From an uncultured delta proteobacterium (GTDB lineage Bacteria; Myxococcota; Myxococcia; Myxococcales; Myxococcaceae), in contig CAVUXN010000003.1 of assembly GCA_963745475.1 (NCBI GenBank), positions 1-39,402 of the forward strand: a stretch of DNA of 39,402 nucleotides, in the 5' to 3' direction. The first letter of the stretch is position 1. The number at the start of each line of letters is the position of its first letter. Positions 1 to 9,800 of the stretch are shown in pieces. Under the pieces are notes generated by a model. That model did not search any database, had not been told where the DNA came from, and was given only the letters and a program-made list of their open reading frames with translations. A program made the translations under genes and the position numbers.

Positions 1-847
1 TGCTGCGGCCGGTGTTGCCCACGGCGCCTATGAGGTCGCCTCGGTGGACGTGGTCTCCGGGGTGGACTTGCACCTTGCTCAAGTGCCCGTAGCGCGTCTT
101 CACGCCGTAGCCGTGGTCGATGACGAGGACGTTTCCGTAGCTGCCCTCCAGGCCAGCAAAAATGACGGTGCCGTCCGCGGGCGCCGTGACTTCCTTGCCG
201 TGGGGCGCGGCGATGTCGAGCCCCTCATGCATGACGCGCTCGGCGGTGTAGGGGTCGGTCCGTTGCCCGAAGTCGCTCGTAATCCACCCCCGAGCGGGCC
301 AGACGCTGGGCGTCGAGGCCAACAGGCTCTTCTGCTCGAGGAAGTAGGTCTGCAGCTGCTCCAGGCTCTGCTCCTGGCGCGAGGCCTCGTTGGACAGCGT
401 CTCCAGCTTCGCTGCGAGGTTCTTCGGGGATTCGGAGCCCGCCGGCGCGGCCGTGAATTCGGATTCGCTGCTACTCGGAGGAGCGCCCTTGGTTTCCATG
501 GCCGTCGGACCCAGGGCCAGGTTGCGCTGGGGGTCCGAAAGCAGCGTCACCGCGCGCAGCTTCTGGTCGAAGCGCTCCACCCGCTCGAGGGTGCTGGCCA
601 TGTGCTCGACGCGCTCGCGGAAGCCCTTCAACTGCGCCTGGAGGGCCACGTTCTCATCCCGCAGCGCCCGGTTTTCCGAGGCGCGGTAGAGGAGGTGCGT
701 GTAGTGGACGGCCGCCACGGCCAGCGTCACCACCAGCACGGCGCCGCCTGCAAGCAGTTGACGGAGCACCTTCCGGTCCACCTGGTAGCGGCGGACGGCC
801 TGGTCGTGCTCGGGCACCACGATGAGGGTGAAACTCTTCTTGGCCAA
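1..847 (-). CDS. M23 family metallopeptidase (3' end lies outside the window)
   Basis: Absent from the ORF track because there is no stop in the window. Read by hand from TTG at 847 (GGGGAG RBS upstream): MAKKSFTLIVVPEHDQAVRRYQV..., TM/coiled-coil region, then ...HEGLDIAAPHG...GSYGNVLVIDHGYGVKTRYGHLS...VGNTGRS with the M23 HxxxD and HxH-region motifs. Confidence 0.9.
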   Translation of the reverse strand, partial: MAKKSFTLIVVPEHDQAVRRYQVDRKVLRQLLAGGAVLVVTLAVAAVHYTHLLYRASENRALRDENVALQAQLKGFRERVEHMASTLERVERFDQKLRAVTLLSDPQRNLALGPTAMETKGAPPSSSESEFTAAPAGSESPKNLAAKLETLSNEASRQEQSLEQLQTYFLEQKSLLASTPSVWPARGWITSDFGQRTDPYTAERVMHEGLDIAAPHGKEVTAPADGTVIFAGLEGSYGNVLVIDHGYGVKTRYGHLSKVQVHPGDHVHRGDLIGAVGNTGRS

Positions 848-975
848 AACCCTGGCTCCCCTGGTTGCCCCCCGACTGTCAACGACTCAGCATACCCTAC
901 GCTGCGCGTGGTGACGGAAGCGTTTCTTGACGGGTGGTGACGTGGGCGCCCGTCCTACTTGCCCCCCTTACAGTG

Positions 976-1809
976 TCAGGGTGAACGAACGACCCGGGCG
1001 GAGCGGCTCTCAGGCCTGTCATCGTGCTCGACTCGCACGGCGACGACGGTGATGTTGTCGTCCCCTCCCCGCTCGTTCGCCATCTCGATGAGTTTCGCGG
1101 GAATCTCCGCGAGCGGGAGGCTTCGGACGGTTTCGAGAATCTCCGTGTCCTCGAGCATGTTGGCCAGCCCGTCCGAGCAAAGGACGAAGGTGTCCCCCGC
1201 TTCGGCGAGCAGCCCCATGACGTCCACTTGGACTTCCTCTTCGAAGCCCACGGAGCGGGTAATAATGTTCCGGTACCGGCTGTGGCGCGCCTCTTCGGGC
1301 GTAATCATCCCCGCCTTAATCTGCTCATTGACGAGGCTGTGGTCCTCGGAGATTTGTTGGATGAGGTCACCGCGCACGAGGTAGGCGCGACTGTCCCCGA
1401 CGTGCGCGAAGAAGGCGTGCGCGTCGTCCAGCATGAGGGAGATGACGGTGGTGCCCATGCCGGCGAGCTCGGGGTCCTCCTGAGCCTTGGCGAAAATGGC
1501 CAGGCAGGCTTGTTCCACGGCGCCGCGGATGGTTTCGGGGACGGCGGAGTCCTGGAGGTTGGTGGGGCTCGCCTTCTCCGCCGTGGCGGCGCGCAGGTCC
1601 CTGAGTTTCTTGTCGATGGTTTCCACGGCAATGCGGGAGGCCGTCCCGCCGCCCGCGTGCCCGCCCATGCCGTCGGCGACAACGTAGAGCTGCAGCTCGT
1701 CGTCGATGAGGAAGCTGTCCTCGTTGTGGTCACGCTTGCGGCCGACGTCCGTCAGGCCCGCAGAGGCGGCCTTCAGACGGACAGGGACTCGCTCAGCTGG
1801 GGCACCCAC
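976..1809 (-). CDS. PP2C-type (Stp1/IreP family) Ser/Thr protein phosphatase
   Basis: Motifs TDVGRKRDHNED, VVADGMGGH, GMGTT, HVGDSRAY, CSDGL and GGDDNIT. Confidence 0.93.
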   Translation of the reverse strand: MGAPAERVPVRLKAASAGLTDVGRKRDHNEDSFLIDDELQLYVVADGMGGHAGGGTASRIAVETIDKKLRDLRAATAEKASPTNLQDSAVPETIRGAVEQACLAIFAKAQEDPELAGMGTTVISLMLDDAHAFFAHVGDSRAYLVRGDLIQQISEDHSLVNEQIKAGMITPEEARHSRYRNIITRSVGFEEEVQVDVMGLLAEAGDTFVLCSDGLANMLEDTEILETVRSLPLAEIPAKLIEMANERGGDDNITVVAVRVEHDDRPESRSARVVRSP

Positions 1810-3568
1810 GCGGCGGGGATGCTACGGCACCGTTGGAAGGAGGGGCAAGGTTAACAACCGAAGAAGCCCGTCCCCGGGGTGCGGGCGGCCCCTGGCGAAC
1901 GGCGCTTGCCTTGCCTTGCGCCCCGTGGAGGAGGGCTTCGGCCGCCTGTACCGCTGCTCCGCTCACTTTGACGCCAGACAGCATCCGCGCGAGCTCAGCC
2001 ACCCGCGGGGCGCCGCTGGCCAGTGCCGTCACCGCGGAGGCCGCCCGTCCGCGCAGCAGGACTTTCTGCACCAAGAGGTGCGCGTCCGCATGGGCGGCCA
2101 CCTGCGGAAGGTGGGTGACGCACAGGACTTGCCGGCCTTGGGCCACCTCGCGGACGAGGCGTCCCACGGCGTCGGCCACGGCGCCGCCCACCCCGGCGTC
2201 GGCCTCGTCCAGCACCACCGTCTCGCACGCGTCCCGCTCGAGAAACACACGCCGAAGCCCCAACAGGAGGCGGGAGGCCTCGCCGCCTGAGGCCACCTTC
2301 TGGAGCGGCCGCTCCGGCTCGCCTGGGTTGGCGGAGAAAAGAAACTCGACGTCATCCGCTCCCTCGGGCCCAAGCGCGTCCGAGGCCGCCACCTCCACCC
2401 GGAAGCGGGCCCCTTTGAGGGCCAGCTCCCCCAGCACCGTGCGGACGTTGCGCGAGAGCCCGGCCGCTGCGCGCTCGCGCTCCGTCCGTAAGCCACGTGC
2501 CGCCTCCCAGGCTGAGGCCTCGAGGAGGCTCCTTCGCGCGCGCAGCGCCTCCAGCGTCTCGGTGCGGCCAGCGAGGGCCTCCGCCTCGGCCTTGAGCGCG
2601 ACGAGCCTTCCCAGAAGGCCCGGGACGTCCGTCCCGTGTTTTCTGGCCAGGCGCTTCAGCGCGTCGAGGCGCTCCTCTACCTGGGCCAGACGCTCTGGGT
2701 CCGCCTCGAGGCCGGCGAGGTAATGGCGAAGGCTGGACGAGGCCTCCTCCAATTCCGCAGCGGCGGCCTTCAGCGCGCAGGCAGCCTGCTCCAGCTGCCC
2801 GTCGTGCCGCGCGGCCTCGTCCACCAAGCCGCGGGCGCGCCCCGAGGAGGCCAGTGCCCCGCCCTCCTCGGTGAGGTGCATGTGCGCCTCCTGGACGGCC
2901 GTCCGCAGCCGTTCCACGGAGGAAAGCCTGCGGCGCTCCTCTTCCAGCGCCACGTCCTCGTCCACTTGGGGAGAAAGACGCTGCACCTCCTGCAGCTGGA
3001 AGCGGACAAAGTCGAGCCGGGCCTCTCCCTGGGCCGACTCCCCCAAGGCCGCGAGCTGGGTGTCCACGGCGAGGAGTGCCCCGTAGGCCGTCCGGTACGC
3101 CTCGCGGGCGAGGGCCACTTTGGCCAGCTTGTCCAAGAGCGAGCGCTGGAAGGCGGGCTGAAACAAGGCCACATGGGCGTGCTGCCCGGCAATGTCCAAC
3201 AGCCCCTGGAAAAGCTGCCCGAGGGTGCCCACCGAGGCCAGCGCTCCATTCACATGGACGCGGCCCCGGCTTGTCCGGCCCACCACGCGTCGGACGGACA
3301 CCTCCTCGCCAGTGTCCGGAAGGCCCAGGGCCAAGAGGCGCTTCTGGAGACTTTCTGTCTTTTGGAAGACGGCCTCCACCACGGCCTCGTCTTCCCCGGC
3401 GCGCACCGCGGTGGCGTCCGCGCGCCCTCCGAGGAGGAGGCCGAGCGCATCCACGAGAATGGACTTCCCCGCCCCCGTCTCGCCCGTCAGCACCGTTAAC
3501 CCGGGGCCGAAGTCGACTTCCACCTCGTCCACCACGGTGAAGTTTTGGATGCGCAAGCCAAGCAACAT
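1793..3568 (-). CDS. recN: DNA repair protein RecN
   Basis: True start is ATG at 3568 (MLLGLRIQNF). Walker A TGETGAGKS, long coiled coil, VASGGE signature, LDEADAGVGG, VTHLPQVAA. The low-complexity C-terminal tail overlaps the PP2C start. Confidence 0.95.
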   Translation of the reverse strand: MLLGLRIQNFTVVDEVEVDFGPGLTVLTGETGAGKSILVDALGLLLGGRADATAVRAGEDEAVVEAVFQKTESLQKRLLALGLPDTGEEVSVRRVVGRTSRGRVHVNGALASVGTLGQLFQGLLDIAGQHAHVALFQPAFQRSLLDKLAKVALAREAYRTAYGALLAVDTQLAALGESAQGEARLDFVRFQLQEVQRLSPQVDEDVALEEERRRLSSVERLRTAVQEAHMHLTEEGGALASSGRARGLVDEAARHDGQLEQAACALKAAAAELEEASSSLRHYLAGLEADPERLAQVEERLDALKRLARKHGTDVPGLLGRLVALKAEAEALAGRTETLEALRARRSLLEASAWEAARGLRTERERAAAGLSRNVRTVLGELALKGARFRVEVAASDALGPEGADDVEFLFSANPGEPERPLQKVASGGEASRLLLGLRRVFLERDACETVVLDEADAGVGGAVADAVGRLVREVAQGRQVLCVTHLPQVAAHADAHLLVQKVLLRGRAASAVTALASGAPRVAELARMLSGVKVSGAAVQAAEALLHGAQGKASAVRQGPPAPRGRASSVVNLAPPSNGAVASPPRGCPS

Positions 3569-3618
3569 GGGCGGGGACTCCTTCCAAGGAGGAGCCACCC
3601 TAGCCCTCCGACCCGACA

Positions 3619-3634
3619 CTGAACAAGTTTTCAG
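3619..3634 (-). promoter_or_regulatory. Myxobacterial-type LexA (SOS) box upstream of recN
   Basis: Minus strand reads CTGAAAACTTGTTCAG, matching the first 16 of 17 positions of the Myxococcus LexA consensus CTRHAMRYBYGTTCAGS, 50 bp upstream of the recN ATG. Confidence 0.75.
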
Positions 3635-3663
3635 TTGAAGGGTTTGCCACTTGGCAACGGCGC

Positions 3664-6600
3664 TCAGGCGTCGCGGAAGAGCTCTTCCACGTCGGCCTGA
3701 CTCAAGGCCTTGAGCCCGCCTTGCGTGCCTTCCAGGACGCCCGCGGCGAGCTCGCGCTTGCGGCGCTGGAGCTGGAGAATTTTCTCCTCCACCGTGCCTT
3801 GGGTAATGAGCTTGTAGCTGATGACGGCGCGCGTCTGCCCAATGCGGTGGGTGCGGTCCGTGGCCTGGTCTTCCACCGCCGGATTCCACCAGGGGTCGAA
3901 GTGCAGCACGTAGTCCGCCGCGGTGAGGTTGAGGCCCGTCCCGCCGGCCTTGAGGCTGATGAAGAAGAGGGGCGGCCCGTCGGGCGCGTTGAAGGCGTCC
4001 ACCCGCGCCATGCGGTCGCGGGTGCGTCCGTCCAGGGCCTGGTACTTGAGCCCCCGGGCGTCGGCTTCGGCTTTGAGGAGGTCGAGCATCTCCGTGAATT
4101 GGCTGAAGACGAGAGCCCGGTGCCCCTCGGCCACCAAGTCATCCACCAGGCCGAAGAAGCGCTCCAGCTTGGCCGAGGGGGCAGCTGCGTCCCCGGCGGC
4201 AGCTTCAAGAGGCGCGGGTCGCAGCACACCTGACGCAGCCGCATCAGCGCCGCGAGGATGCTCACCCGCGCGCGGGCGAAGCCCACCTTGTCGATGCTCT
4301 CGTGCACCTTGTTTCGGCTCTGCTCGAGCACCTCGCGGTAGAGCGCCTGTTGTCCGGCGTCCATCTCGCACCAGGCCACCACTTCCGTCTTGGCCGGGAG
4401 GTCCTTGGCCACCTCCGTCTTGAGACGGCGGAGGATGAAGGGGTGAATGCGGCGGCGGAGCCGCTCGCGGACGGCCATGTCCGCCGCCACTTGAATGGGC
4501 TGCTCGTAACGCTCCGAGAAGTCCTCCTCGCTGCCGAGAAACCCCGGCATGAGGAAGTCGAAAATGCTCCACAACTCGCCGAGCCGGTTTTCGAGCGGTG
4601 TACCGGTGAGCGCGAGCCGGTGCTCGGCCGGGAGGGCCTTGCAGGCTTGGGCCGTGGCCGAGCCGGCATTCTTGATGTTTTGCGCCTCGTCGAGGACGAC
4701 GTAGCGCCACTTCGTCTTGCTGAGCTCCTCCAAGTCCCGACGGATGAGGGCGTAGGAGGTGAGGACGATGTCCACGTCAGCGAAGGTTTCCTGACGCGAG
4801 CGCCGGTCCTGCCCGTGCCACAGCACCACCTCCAGCCCCGGCGTGAAGCGTTCCGCCTCGCGCTTCCAGTTGGCGAGGACGGAGGTGGGTGCCACCACCA
4901 GGGAGGGTGCGCGCTTCTCTTCCTGTTGCGACTTGAGAAGGAGGGCCAGGGCCTGGACCGTCTTTCCGAGGCCCATGTCGTCCGCGAGGATGCCGTTGAG
5001 CCGGTGCCGGTGCAGAAACCACAGCCAGGCCAGGCCGGCCTCCTGGTAGTGGCGCAAGGTGGCCTGAAGGCCGTTGGGCGGCGGTACCGGCGCGGCCTCG
5101 TCGACGAGGCGAAGCTCGGCCATGGCGGCGCGGGCCCGCGCCTCGATGTCCGCCGCGTCCCCGAGGCTGGCCAGCGCGTCCAGCGCCATGGCCTGGTACA
5201 GCGGCACGCGGGTGGTGGCCTTCCCCGGAGCCGCCCCGGCCTCCTCGAGAAGCTCCGTCGCTCGCTGGACCTCCTCACGGTCCGCCTCGGCGAAGCTTCC
5301 ATCTTGCAAAGGCACGTACTTGCGGCCCGAGGCGAGCCACAGCCGCACCGCGCCCAAGTCCACGCCCTGCCCTTCGGACTCGAAGCGCGCGTCGAGCTCA
5401 AACCAGTGCAGCCCCTCCATGCCGACGCGGACGCGCGGCTTGAGGCCAGAGCGAATTTTCACTTCCGGTAGCACCGCCGCGAAGCGCTCCCAGTCGGCAG
5501 GGAGTGCCTTGAGGCCACTCGCCCAGAAACTCACCGCCGTGTCCCCGGTGGCGACGTAGGACTCCCCGTCCCAGCGAAGCCCTTGGGCGGAGAGCAGCTT
5601 CAGTGCGGCGCGCTCCTGGGCCTCGTCGCGTCGGTACAGCCGGCGCTTGTTGCCGAGAGAGCCAATGGCGTACCCCAGCGTCCCCGGGCTGGGGGAGACG
5701 GTGACGGTGGTGCCACCGTAGCGGGCGCTGAGTTGCGCCTTCACCCGCTCGGCGCTGCCCTCCAGCGTGAGGAGGAAGTGCGGCGGGGTGGACTCGTCGA
5801 CTTCCAGGCCGTCCGCCCGGAGGGAGAGGTCCAGCCGCGGCAGGTGTGCAGCGAAAAACGTGAGCGCCCTGTCCAACTGCCCGTGGGGCAGCGACATGGA
5901 GGGCTCCAGGAGCCACTTGCGCCACAGCCGCGGGGGAAGGTGGGGACGCACCGAGTACAGCGTCTGCCCACTCAAGAGGAAGCTCGTCCGCTTTCCCACC
6001 AGGAAGACGGCTTCACGCAGCCCCACCGGCTCGCCTTCCGGGAGGCGGAACTCGAGCGAGGCCTTGGCCCCGCCGTCCGTGGACTCGAGGTGGACTTGGG
6101 GAAGCGCCGGGGCCTCGGAGAGGACGAGAGGCGTCCCGCGGTACACCACCCGGGCAGTCGCCCAACACCTCGAGGAGGTCCGCCACCTCCTCGTCGCCGA
6201 GGAGGTACTTCCCGTCATAGCGGGCCTCGTACCGGCCGAGCTCCTGCAGCGCGCGCTCGTCCGTCGGGCCGAGCCGTGCCCCTTGGCCTAGAAGCCGCTT
6301 GACTTGAATGGGGCCTGCCGTCTGCGCGTCCCGCCGCCGCACGTCCACGAGCCACGCCCGGCCGCCGCTCCGGGCATGGGCCGGCATCACTCGGTAGACG
6401 AAGGCGTGGTCCGGCAAGGAAGACAGGCCGAGCCAGCTCTCCAGCTTCGCCACCGCCGGAAGGGGCACCACCTCCGCATTGGGCGCCTCGTGCGCGGCCT
6501 CGGGGGCCAGCGGGGCGGCCGGACGCTCGAGGGCCAGGTGGGCCAGCCCCACCGCCACCACGTGCTTGCAATGCGGGCCGTAGCGGTTCCACGCAGCGCA

Positions 6601-6840
6601 GGTGCAGCTGGAGACGAGCGGCCGGGCAGCCGTGTCCAGGGTGGCCCGGTAAGGGTTTCCCTCCGAGCCGGCGACGGCGCCGTGCAGGACGGTACCTTCC
6701 TTGTACAGGCCGGAGACGCGGCCCAAGCCGGCGTAGTCCCGCCCCTTCTTGAAGCTCGTGGGCTGCACCTCGTCGCGCAAAAGGGCGACCCAGCTCCCCT
6801 CCTCAGGGACGGCAGCGCTCTGGAGTTCGGACGGACTCAA
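3664..6840 (-). CDS. SWIM zinc-finger + SNF2/RAD54-family helicase (two apparent frameshifts)
   Basis: Spans three track ORFs. SWIM CTC...CKH near the start (TTG at 6840, GGAGG RBS); SNF2 motifs LADDMGLGKT, LDEAQNIKN, LTGTPLEN; helicase C-terminal ISLKAGGTGLNL...QATDRTHRIGQ. Frames join across single-base indels in G/C runs at ~6152 and ~4179. Confidence 0.9.
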
Positions 6841-6953
6841 GGCCAGTCCTCCCAAGTAACACGGGACCCTGCCTCCGCGCTGGCCTGTCGCCCACCTTTC
6901 ACGCAAACGGTGGCGCAAAGCAGTGGCCCCAGGGCATAAGGGAAAGTTTCTGC

Positions 6954-7890
6954 ATGCCTGAGCTGGCCATTTCCGTCGTCGGCCTGGTGAAGCGCTTCGA
7001 GGAGGTGACGGGCCGTGGACGGGGTGTCCTTCTCCGTCCCCGCCGGGACGTGCCTCGGGCTCCTCGGCCCCAACGGCGCGGGGAAGACGACGACGGTGGA
7101 AATTCTGGAGGGCCTCCAGGAGGCCACCGCCGGCACGGTGCGCGTCCTCGGAAAAAGCTGGGCCGAGGCCGGCGCGGCCCTCCGGGCCCGCATTGGCATC
7201 TGCCTTCAAGAGACGCGCTTCTACGAGAAAATGACTGTCCAGGAGACGGTGGCGCTCTTTCGCAGCTTTTTTCCGAGCGGCGTCGGGGTGGAGCAGGCCA
7301 TCGGCTTTGTGGCCCTGGAGGAGAAGCGGGACGCCCGGGTGGGAAAGCTGTCCGGCGGCCAGCGGCAGCGTCTGGCCCTGGCGGTGGCGCTGGTGGGGGA
7401 CCCCGAAGTCCTCTTCCTCGACGAGCCCACCACCGGCCTCGACCCGGCCAGCCGCCGCGGACTGTGGGACGTCATTGAGGCCCTGAAGGCCCGAGGGCGC
7501 ACCGTCGTCCTCACCACCCACTACATGGAGGAGGCCGAGCGACTCTGCGACCAAGTCATCATTGTCGACCACGGGAAGGTGGTGGCCGCGGGCACCCCGG
7601 GCGAGCTCATCGCCACGTTTGGCGGAGCCCAAGTCATCGAGTTTGAAGCCCGCCCCGCCCTCTCCGAGGCGGCCTGTCGCGCCCTCCCTGGGTGCACGGA
7701 CGTCCAAACCCAAAACGGCACGGTGCGACTCGGCGTGCGCGGCCTGCCCGAGGCCCTGCCGGCGTTGCTCCGCACCGCGGAGGGCGCCCACAGCACGCTC
7801 GTCCAGCTCTCCACCCACGCGCCCACGCTGGATGACGTCTTCCTCCACCTCACCGGGCGCAGTCTCCGGGACGAGGACGCCAAGCCATGA
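6954..7890 (+). CDS. ABC-2 type exporter ATP-binding protein (one apparent frameshift at ~7010)
   Basis: MPELAISVVGLVKRFEEVT / AVDGVSF joined across an extra G. Motifs GPNGAGKTT, LSGGQ, LFLDEPTTGLD, TTHYMEEA. Confidence 0.92.
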
Positions 7891-8921
7891 AGGGCCGCCA
7901 CCCGCTGTGGCAGCTTCTCCTCATGCGGCTGCGCGCGCTGTGGCGCGAGCCCTCGGCCCTCTTCTGGATTTTCGTCTTCCCGATGCTCATCTCCATCGCC
8001 TTGGGCCTGGCCTTCCGAAACCAGTCCCTCTCCACACTCACGGTGGCGGTGGTGGACGGGACGGCTGGGGAGCGCGTCCAGAAGGCGCTGGCCGCGACGC
8101 CCGGGCTCGCGACGCAGCGGCTCGGGCTGGACGAGGCCCGGCGGGCCCTGGGCACGGGGAAAGTGGCTCTGGTGGTGGTGGCGGAGGAGCCACCCAGACT
8201 CTTGGTGGACCCCGGCGTCCCCGAAGGGCGGACGGCGCGGCTTCTGGCCGTGGACGCACTCCAGCGCATGGAGGGGCGCTCGGACGCGGTCCTCCTCGCC
8301 GAGGAGCACGTGACGAGGCCGGGCGGGCGCTACATCGACTTCCTCATTCCGGGCCTCCTCGGCTTCGGACTCATGTCCTCCTCGGTGTGGGGCATTGGTT
8401 GGGGTTTGGTGCAAATGCGCATGGGAAAGCTGCTCAAGCGGCTGGTGGCCACGCCCATGCGCCGGGTGGACCTCCTGGCCTCCTTCATCTTGAGCCGCCT
8501 GCTGTTGGCGCTGGTGGAAACCGTCTTCTTCCTCCTCTTCGCCCGCCTCCTCTTCTCGGTGCGCATCCAAGGAAGCCTGCTCAGCTTTTTTCTGGTGGCC
8601 GCCGCCGGCGCCCTGTCCTTTGGCGGCCTGGGCCTCCTCGTCGCCTCGCGCTCGCAAAACTCGGAGACGGCCAACGGCCTCATGAATTTGGTGACGCTTC
8701 CCATGACGGTGCTCTCCGGCGTCTTCTTCGCCGCCAGCCACTTCCCGGCCTGGATGCAGCCGCTGGTGAAGGCCCTTCCCCTCACCGCCGTCATTGACGC
8801 GCTGAGGAGCATTGCCCTCGACGGCGCGAGCCTTGTGTCCCTGGGAGGGCCCTTCCTCGTCCTCCTCGTCTGGGGCGCGGTCTCCTTCGTCCTCGCCTTG
8901 CGCCTCTTTCGCTGGAGTTAG
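7887..8921 (+). CDS. ABC-2 type exporter permease
   Basis: ATGA overlap with the ATPase. One N-terminal TM, a periplasmic loop, then about 5 TMs; YIDFLIPG, LKRLVATP, LSGVFF and LPLT motifs. Confidence 0.9.
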   Translation: MKGRHPLWQLLLMRLRALWREPSALFWIFVFPMLISIALGLAFRNQSLSTLTVAVVDGTAGERVQKALAATPGLATQRLGLDEARRALGTGKVALVVVAEEPPRLLVDPGVPEGRTARLLAVDALQRMEGRSDAVLLAEEHVTRPGGRYIDFLIPGLLGFGLMSSSVWGIGWGLVQMRMGKLLKRLVATPMRRVDLLASFILSRLLLALVETVFFLLFARLLFSVRIQGSLLSFFLVAAAGALSFGGLGLLVASRSQNSETANGLMNLVTLPMTVLSGVFFAASHFPAWMQPLVKALPLTAVIDALRSIALDGASLVSLGGPFLVLLVWGAVSFVLALRLFRWS

Positions 8922-9763
8922 CGCGCGCCCCAGTGCAGCTTCTCGCGGAGGACGGCAAAGTAGTCGAGCTTCGGGTTGGCGACGAGGAGGACGCGGTTAC
9001 TGGAGCGACGCACCTCGAGCCGGTCCCCGGCCAGTAGGGCATGGCCCATCTGTCCGTCAATGGTGAGGTAGGCGTCCTGGGCCTCAGGCCCCAAATGCAC
9101 ACTCACCACCTGGTCTCCCGGCACCACCAGCGGCCGCTGGGTGAGGGCGTGCGGACAAATGGGGACAATGAGGGCGCAGTCGAGGCCGGGGTGGACAATG
9201 GGGCCCCCGGCTGCCAGCGCGTAGGCCGTGGAGCCGGTGGGGGTGGCGACAATCAGGCCGTCGGACTTGAAGGTGGCCACCAGCCGTCCATCAATCCGCG
9301 TCTCATGGTCGGCAATTCGGCTGAGCGCGCCACGGTTGATGACGACGTCATTGAGGACTTCGTCCTCTACCAGCGCCTCGCCTCCGCGGTAGACGCGGCA
9401 GGCCAGCTTCATTCGGGTCTGGATGCGTCCCTTGCCGGCCAGCACCTCGTCCAGGACGTCCAAGCCCTCGGCCGCCGGCACCTCCGTCATGAAGCCCAAG
9501 CTTCCGAGGTTGATGCCGAGAATGGGCACCGCCCGGCCCCCGAGAAGGCGCGCCGCGCGGATGAGTGTCCCGTCCCCTCCCAGCACCACCACCAGCTCGG
9601 CGCGGGACACCACCTCTTCCGCCGGGAAGACGGGCCAGCCCAACTCCTGGGCGAATTCCGGGTCCGCGAGAACCGTCAACGCCTGGTGACGCTGCCGCAG
9701 ACGCCGTGCCAGGACGGCCGCTTCGGCGCTGCCCTGCTTGGCCACCACCGCGAGCGTCTTCAC
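8918..9763 (-). CDS. nadK: NAD(+)/NADH kinase
   Basis: GGDGT, GINLGSLGF, LNDVV and DGLIVATPTGSTAYALAAGGP motifs. Confidence 0.95.
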   Translation of the reverse strand: MKTLAVVAKQGSAEAAVLARRLRQRHQALTVLADPEFAQELGWPVFPAEEVVSRAELVVVLGGDGTLIRAARLLGGRAVPILGINLGSLGFMTEVPAAEGLDVLDEVLAGKGRIQTRMKLACRVYRGGEALVEDEVLNDVVINRGALSRIADHETRIDGRLVATFKSDGLIVATPTGSTAYALAAGGPIVHPGLDCALIVPICPHALTQRPLVVPGDQVVSVHLGPEAQDAYLTIDGQMGHALLAGDRLEVRRSSNRVLLVANPKLDYFAVLREKLHWGAR

Positions 9764-9800
9764 CTTGGGTTAAAGCTACTACTACAAGGCCCTTTTAAGG

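Noticed and set aside
44..940. 298-aa + strand ORF and the many other long overlapping ORFs across the window
   Set aside because: These are antisense or off-frame shadows typical of ~70% GC DNA. Here the real gene is the minus-strand M23 peptidase; the shadows have no motifs and are Arg/Pro/Gly-rich.
3569..3889. N-terminal extension of RecN in the ORF track (similarly 21151-21450 for FadJ)
   Set aside because: The extensions overlap upstream genes and the LexA box; family homology starts at the internal ATGs (3568 and 21150).
4170..7015. Programmed frameshifting or phase variation in the SNF2 and ABC genes
   Set aside because: The runs are only 3-5 nt with no slippery heptamer; sequencing indels are the simpler explanation.
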